Assembly (NCBI GenBank): GCA_973895155.1
Contig: OZ316894.1
Span: forward strand, 13,635,580 to 13,699,579
DNA from: Marsupella aquatica
Taxonomy: Eukaryota; Plantae; Marchantiophyta
Direction of reading: 5' to 3'
Length of the DNA stretch: 64,000 bases
Under the pieces are notes generated by a model that was given only the letters and a program-made list of their open reading frames with translations, was not told the origin of the DNA and searched no databases. Positions 58,661 through 64,000 of the stretch are shown here, one piece after another (positions within the stretch are counted from its first letter, which is position 1; every line of letters starts with the position of its first letter). The translations under genes and the position numbers were made by a program.

Positions 58661-59589
58661 GGTTAAGTGGGAGATTTTGCTAGGGGCTCTCTAGGGCCTG
58701 TCCTCCAACTTTCAAACCAACACTGAGACTGTTGTTTTGCTTCCAAAACAAGAGCAGAATTGTAGACAACATAGTAGGACTAATCAGGAGAGAGACATGG
58801 AGATGCACAACTCCATTGCTATGTCTCTTTGGTTTAGTAGATGATCAAGTGCACTCTCATGTTTCCCTTATGTGCTAACTAGTCTGCTCCATCCAGATTC
58901 TTCCATGACGGACCCTAGTATTAGTCAATCTAGGAGGCACTCTTGTGTTTTCCTAACTATATTTTTTCCCTCAAACACACTAGAGTCTTGTTACATGAAC
59001 ACTTTGGTCCATCATATCTCCCAAGAGTTTGTGCACAAATAGCCATGATACCCAACAAATGGATCCTCCAGTATAGCGGCCAAGCAACAAGAGCAGCACC
59101 ACGTGCCCCCTTAGGGCCAGGGTAGTGGAGCCTCCACCTCAACAAGTAGGCCTGGGCATACAAACCTGGCCGAGAAAATACTTGAGTTGCAACCACAAGT
59201 AGATCAGTATTGAGGCCTGGGCTCATGGCCTGCTTCCTCATGAGAAAGGATGTTGTACTTGACTGCAACCCCTCAACAGCAAGTGTGTTTCATCGCAAAT
59301 GCATTGGAGGTGAGTTTGCATTTGGGTACCGCGAGCTTGAGACTTGCTTAGTGACTGGTGGCCACCCAACCCCCACAAGCGACCACCAAGGCCAATTCAG
59401 CCTTGGTTTTGGGTACCCATCATGGGCTTGTCCACCCCCTTAAATATACCATTGGCAGAGAACATGGTCATAATTGCGGTCTCATCCATAGTGGCCATGG
59501 CTATACCAATAGTTATGAGGCTGCCACTTGCCCAATCCATGAGATCAGAGTGGAAGAAAGATGAGATTGCAGGTTTTTTAGGGGGCTAG

Positions 59590-60176
59590 AGCGCTCAGAA
59601 TCTAGGTCAGCAATGGCGACTGCAAATTGTGTAGCGGAGTACTGGAGACTATTCCTCATATTTTTCTGGTGCACAGATGCCATTAGATGATGGAGACTAT
59701 GTCAAGCTTTTCTGAGTGGTCTGGGAATGCCGATAGGACAAGGACTGATGGCCTTGTTGGCGGCTGCTTGTGGGAAGGAAGCGAGGCAGGTTGCCCAACT
59801 CTTTGTCTTGTATCAAGTTCTGTGGAGACTTTGGATTGAAAGGAACACGCACATGTTCCTGACTGATGGTAGACGCTCATTTGACCTGGGACTTTTTCTT
59901 TTTGAGGCGCGGAGAATCTGTATGCGGTTAGTCACTGCTCGCTCCCGGGTAGGAAATACACTCGCCTGCTGCAGGCTAAATCCTGGATAGATGAGTTGCG
60001 TAAGTTCAGGTTTAGAGTTCTCTTTGTGTTTGTCTTGGCCTATGAAAAGGCCGACTTTCACTTTGCTTGGTATGTTGAGTTGCGTCTTGTCTGTTGGCCT
60101 GTTCTGTTTGCCCTTCCCGTGGGGTTTTTTGCGATGGACACAAAAATTTATAAAATGTTTCATCTTTTCAAAGAAA
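59590..60176 (+). pseudogene. LINE 3' end (zf-RVT-like fragment, 3' UTR, A-rich end)
   Basis: CKLCSGVLETIPHIFFWC, LWRLWIERN…F; T-rich UTR ending ATAAAATG…CTTTTCAAAGAAA. Confidence 0.7.
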
Positions 60177-61448
60177 GGCCAAGAACTCTTTGGGGCTCAG
60201 TAAGAAGAGGAAGGCATTGGCCCCAACAAGTTGTCTTCCTATGGCTTTGTTGATTGTGGCAGATTTGGGTATCTATTGCATGGGGGAGGATGTTAAGAGG
60301 TAAGTTACACACCTCCCATGCAGCTCTACCTCCAGACTCGTGGCTTTAGTCATTTAGCAACACAATCTTTGAACGCATGTTGCCATGACACCAAGGATAT
60401 GGTGGAGTTGGAATCCAAAAGGATGACCTAGTTTAGTTCTTTGGGGCCCTTTTTGGGTCTAAGCAGAGCCTGATTGAAGTCCATCTTTGGCTTGCTTGAG
60501 GGTCCCATCAAGTTACAGTCACAAATTCAGATGCAAAAGGGAGAGAAATAACACTCTGACAACTTCAAGGCAGTTGCTCAGTCCAATAACGACTTCATTT
60601 TGAAGGGGTGTAGGACATGTACCACTCATAGGCAATTCAAGTTCCATAGGTACACCTTGCACTTGGAGACGTGGATGGAGACCTCGGGTAATTGTAACGT
60701 GCGAGCAAACAGTAGAATTTTTGCTCGCACGGGCAAGATTTCACCTTGTGTTGGGGCCCCAAAAAGGTCTGGAATATTCCTCGCTAGCATGGAGACCCTG
60801 TTCGATCAGTAAATAATGACGGCTACCTATGGACGATTCTAGTCCCGTGAACGCACTAGATCCATTTCCGACCAATCAAAATGACATTTCTTCAGGCCAG
60901 CAAAATCGCTAGTCTAATGACGCCAACACATTGAGCCACTCAAACGAGGTACGGTCTCCACGTACAGGCTTCCACATGTGAAAATTCCCACCCGAGGAAG
61001 AGTAATAACGAAAAAGTACTGTGCAATTCCCACGTGACAAGAATCAACGTGTCATTACTGTCGAGGAAAGGAAAATTAAGGCCATTTGGACACTAATTAA
61101 GTCACTTGCAAGTGAACGAGACACTTACCGTTCGAACCAGAGGCGAATCCAAGGCGGCGAACCGTCCACTTAAACAAAGCCGCTCACCCAAAAACCACCA
61201 GTCTTCCGAATCATTCTCCCGATCACTTCCACCGCGTCCGACTCGAGCTCTTTCATTCGGAACTGCTATCAGTGTTCCAAGTACTCGAGATCCAGACCAG
61301 GTAAGCACGGGACTATGGTTCTGAGCTGTTTTTAGAGAATCACTCTCCGACAAGGCATGACATTCATCGTATTTCATCATGAATAGTGTTTCCATTTATT
61401 GAATGTCGTTCTTCTTAATCACTGTTTGGGTTTTGTAAGTGCAGAGAA

Positions 61449-61877
61449 ATGTCAGGGGTTCCAAGCAATCCTCCTCAGGGGAAATGGCGACTTGAGATCC
61501 GTCGTTACAACCCGACAACAGATGGCCCGCTAGAAGATGACTCTCCGCCAAAGCATAAACCCGATGCAGAGACTGTGAAGGTCACCGCAGACAGTAGTGT
61601 CCCAATTGCACTCGGTCAATCTGTTGGATCGTCATCATCATTGAGGAGAACACCGACTCCTCCAAAGTTAATTCCAGCAGCGAAGTCTCCACCGAAGCCA
61701 AAGGTGGATACCACACAGCGCGAGGTTGTATCAAAGAGGAAGAGGCTCGCAGAAGAGGAGCAGTATTGGATTGAGAGGGAGATCTATGACTACTGGACCG
61801 AGGAACGCCTCGCCTCTTTGTATTACAATTCTGAGTCAGACACTAACTCCGATGCATGGAAGGCGGCCAGCCCCTGA
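61449..61877 (+). CDS. 142-aa hypothetical Pro/Ser-rich protein with NLS and acidic-aromatic tail, convergent to MULE2 transposase
   Basis: ATG ORF just after a plausible 5'-UTR intron (CAG|GTAAGC at 61301; acceptor TGCAG ~61444); KRKR. Confidence 0.5.
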   Translation: MSGVPSNPPQGKWRLEIRRYNPTTDGPLEDDSPPKHKPDAETVKVTADSSVPIALGQSVGSSSSLRRTPTPPKLIPAAKSPPKPKVDTTQREVVSKRKRLAEEEQYWIEREIYDYWTEERLASLYYNSESDTNSDAWKAASP

Positions 61878-62061
61878 GGGAAGAGTCAGGTTGTGGGTTT
61901 ACTGAAATTTTTGTAGTTTCAAGCAAATCACATGTCCTCATGTACTTTCAATATGTATGAGAAGTAAAGTTTGGGTGTTCCTTTCCTTTCTATGTGTTGC
62001 TCTGGAATGTCATTTTGTACATAGTACGTTTATTTGGGAGTCACAGTTGGACCCTTCCCAA

Positions 62062-62258
62062 ACTAGCGATATCGCTAGTATAGAACTGCCTCTACATTTC
62101 AGATCAATCTTCGATGTGTTCATCTTAGATAATCAATTCGACAAAGTATTACTGCAACAACTTCAGGGATTACTTCCCTCCCAAGAACACATCCTATCAC
62201 TCTATAGTAAACTTTATTGCATCCTAAATTCCGTTGATCAGACTAGCGATATCGCTAG
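62062..62258. repeat. Two CTAGCGATATCGCTAG palindromes 180 bp apart (62063, 62243)
   Basis: Directly visible; the first extends to 18 bp. Confidence 0.9.
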
Positions 62259-62540
62259 CAAAAAACTGGCATCATTTTAATTAATGATCAAACCGTGAAC
62301 TCTATACATACTTGTCGATAGGTTAACACGGCTGGAAGTTGGATGTTTCTGTCAGGATGTTGCAGACTTCCTAAGACGAGAGATTGCTAGCCATAAACAA
62401 CAAACTCAAACACCATAAAGTTACCATTATGGACCTCGCTAACATTATGATTCACTCGGTGAAAACAGATTGATATTTGTGAAACCACAAACTCGAGTAA
62501 TCCATCCCACCACCCTATAATTAGCATCTCCAATAAACGA

Positions 62541-64000
62541 CTAGTCCCCTATCTGTAACGGAATTAAACTCCTCACTTCCCCAATAGTCACAATCGGCTG
62601 TTTGACAAGGTCGTCCTTCTCCAGGTTGAGTGAAAACTTGTTTAAATACACCCACAACAGATGTTTACAAGACATGTATGGTTTTCCTCGTGTATGCCTC
62701 TTATAAAAGTCTTCACAAGAACACGAAGGGAAACAACAGATTTGCACCCAATATGTGTGCGGAACTTGTGAATCAGTCTCGTGAGTGGCGATCAAGTATC
62801 TCCAACCCCATCCATTTCTGGCAATTACCTTCTCATTTCCGACAACTCTCATGTATTCTTGTGTAGCGGAAACGATGCGCTTGAGCAACTCTGGAGTATT
62901 GCTGAAACGCTATCGTGCACCCTTACCATTTCGGGTTTTCAACCGACGGTCCACATTAGTTAGATCGATTCGTTCGGGGAATGAGTTAACATCAATTCGT
63001 AGGTTGACCCGATTGGGGGACAGGAACTCTCCAACTTGATTTGCTTCCACATAGGAGAGTCCACTGATCTAGAATCCTAATCCCAGCAGAAACTCTATCT
63101 CGGGATGGGAGAGGCAAGTCCCACACTGAACCTTGAGCGACTCGGGTGGGGGGGGTAGTTGAGCTATAGTTCTGTGTCCTTGGCTCTTGTGACACCTATT
63201 GTTAGGACAGAATTACAACAACTAGCGATGTGGAGACGATAATCGCAACCCGTGAATGGTGACTCCAACAATTCCCCCTTGCGCGGACTTACATCCAGTC
63301 TCCTTGATGAGATTTCTACATTCATCTCTTCCAAAAATGCTTCGGTCAACCGACCCGTTGCAAATAGGTCCAACACCGCTACCGCTCCGCCTGAGATGCC
63401 AGGTCCCATAAGGAACATCAACCTCTCGGATGGAAGGGATCCTTTGGGGGGCATCCCGATGGTCATCCCCGACATCACACAAAGGTTGAGTCCCCATCTT
63501 CTTGGTATCATTGACATTACGACTTGCATCATCACCATCGTCATCTGAAATATGGATAACTCCAGCGGAACAACCTCCGACAGGGGTTGCCAAAGTTGTA
63601 TTATTTGCTATTTCTGGGTCCGCATAAGTCTCCGAAACATTGATGAAGCAAAATTCAGGATAGAGATTATGCCTTTTTAGTCCTGAAGGAGAAGCTATTG
63701 TGCGTGACACCTTGTCATGTTTGTGGGAGTCATTCTTGTGGATTGTAGCTGAAGCTTTCCCTTTCCTCTTCGTGGATGTTGTTCGGAGATCACCATGTAA
63801 TGGAATTGTTCTATAGAATTCATACTTAGCTGAAGACTCAAGCAAAAGATTTGCTGCCTTTTCGTAAGCATCCATGGATCCCATAGCATCGGCGTTCCTA
63901 TATGCTAATTCAAAAATGGTCGGCCCCTGGCCTCTGTGAACATCTTCACTGTAGACAGTAAAAGCAGCAATTTGCCCCGCAGCACGATTCTGGTCCACCT
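62541..64000 (-). pseudogene. Second MULE transposase (MULE2), C-terminal exon with SWIM finger, frameshifted, runs off window
   Basis: DQNRAAGQIAAF…GPTIFELA and YWVQICCFPSCSCEDFYKRH…CKHLLW are homologous to 33519..35000. Confidence 0.88.

Noticed and set aside
60250-61100. Left terminus (TIR) of MULE2
   Set aside because: The partner end is outside the window, so no inverted repeat or TSD can be confirmed.

Overview
Eukaryotic, plant-type nested transposon cluster with no host gene recognised. The element types suggest an early-diverging land plant, but that is inference. (1) A CACTA element (<1..27346, minus) carries an EDM2-like PHD finger next to DUF4216. (2) It is split by non-chromoviral Ty3/gypsy element A (6346..26231, TSD GTCCT), whose ~4-kb LTRs each contain a whole ~880-aa gene. 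A is itself interrupted by a 1.5-kb putative solo LTR D (duplicated UUCG hairpin, two small paralogous ORFs) and a 4.7-kb solo LTR C carrying a related ~1200-aa gene. (3) A deleted LINE. (4) A large Mutator-like element has a GCM/DDE/SWIM transposase, a Pol-lambda-like BRCT cargo gene, a divergently transcribed ParB-like gene and nine copies of a 15-bp palindrome (TAGCGCCWGGCGCTA). One palindrome is the insertion site of a younger relative of A (element B, 37513..51397, minus). (5) Further fragments: CACTA DUF4216, a second C-type LTR, LINE 3' ends and a second MULE with its own palindrome (TAGCGATATCGCTA). The best candidates for undescribed biology are the ParB-like protein plus palindrome module in the MULE, the genes inside LTRs, and the hairpin/small-ORF solo LTR. 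All domain calls are by eye; no searches were run.
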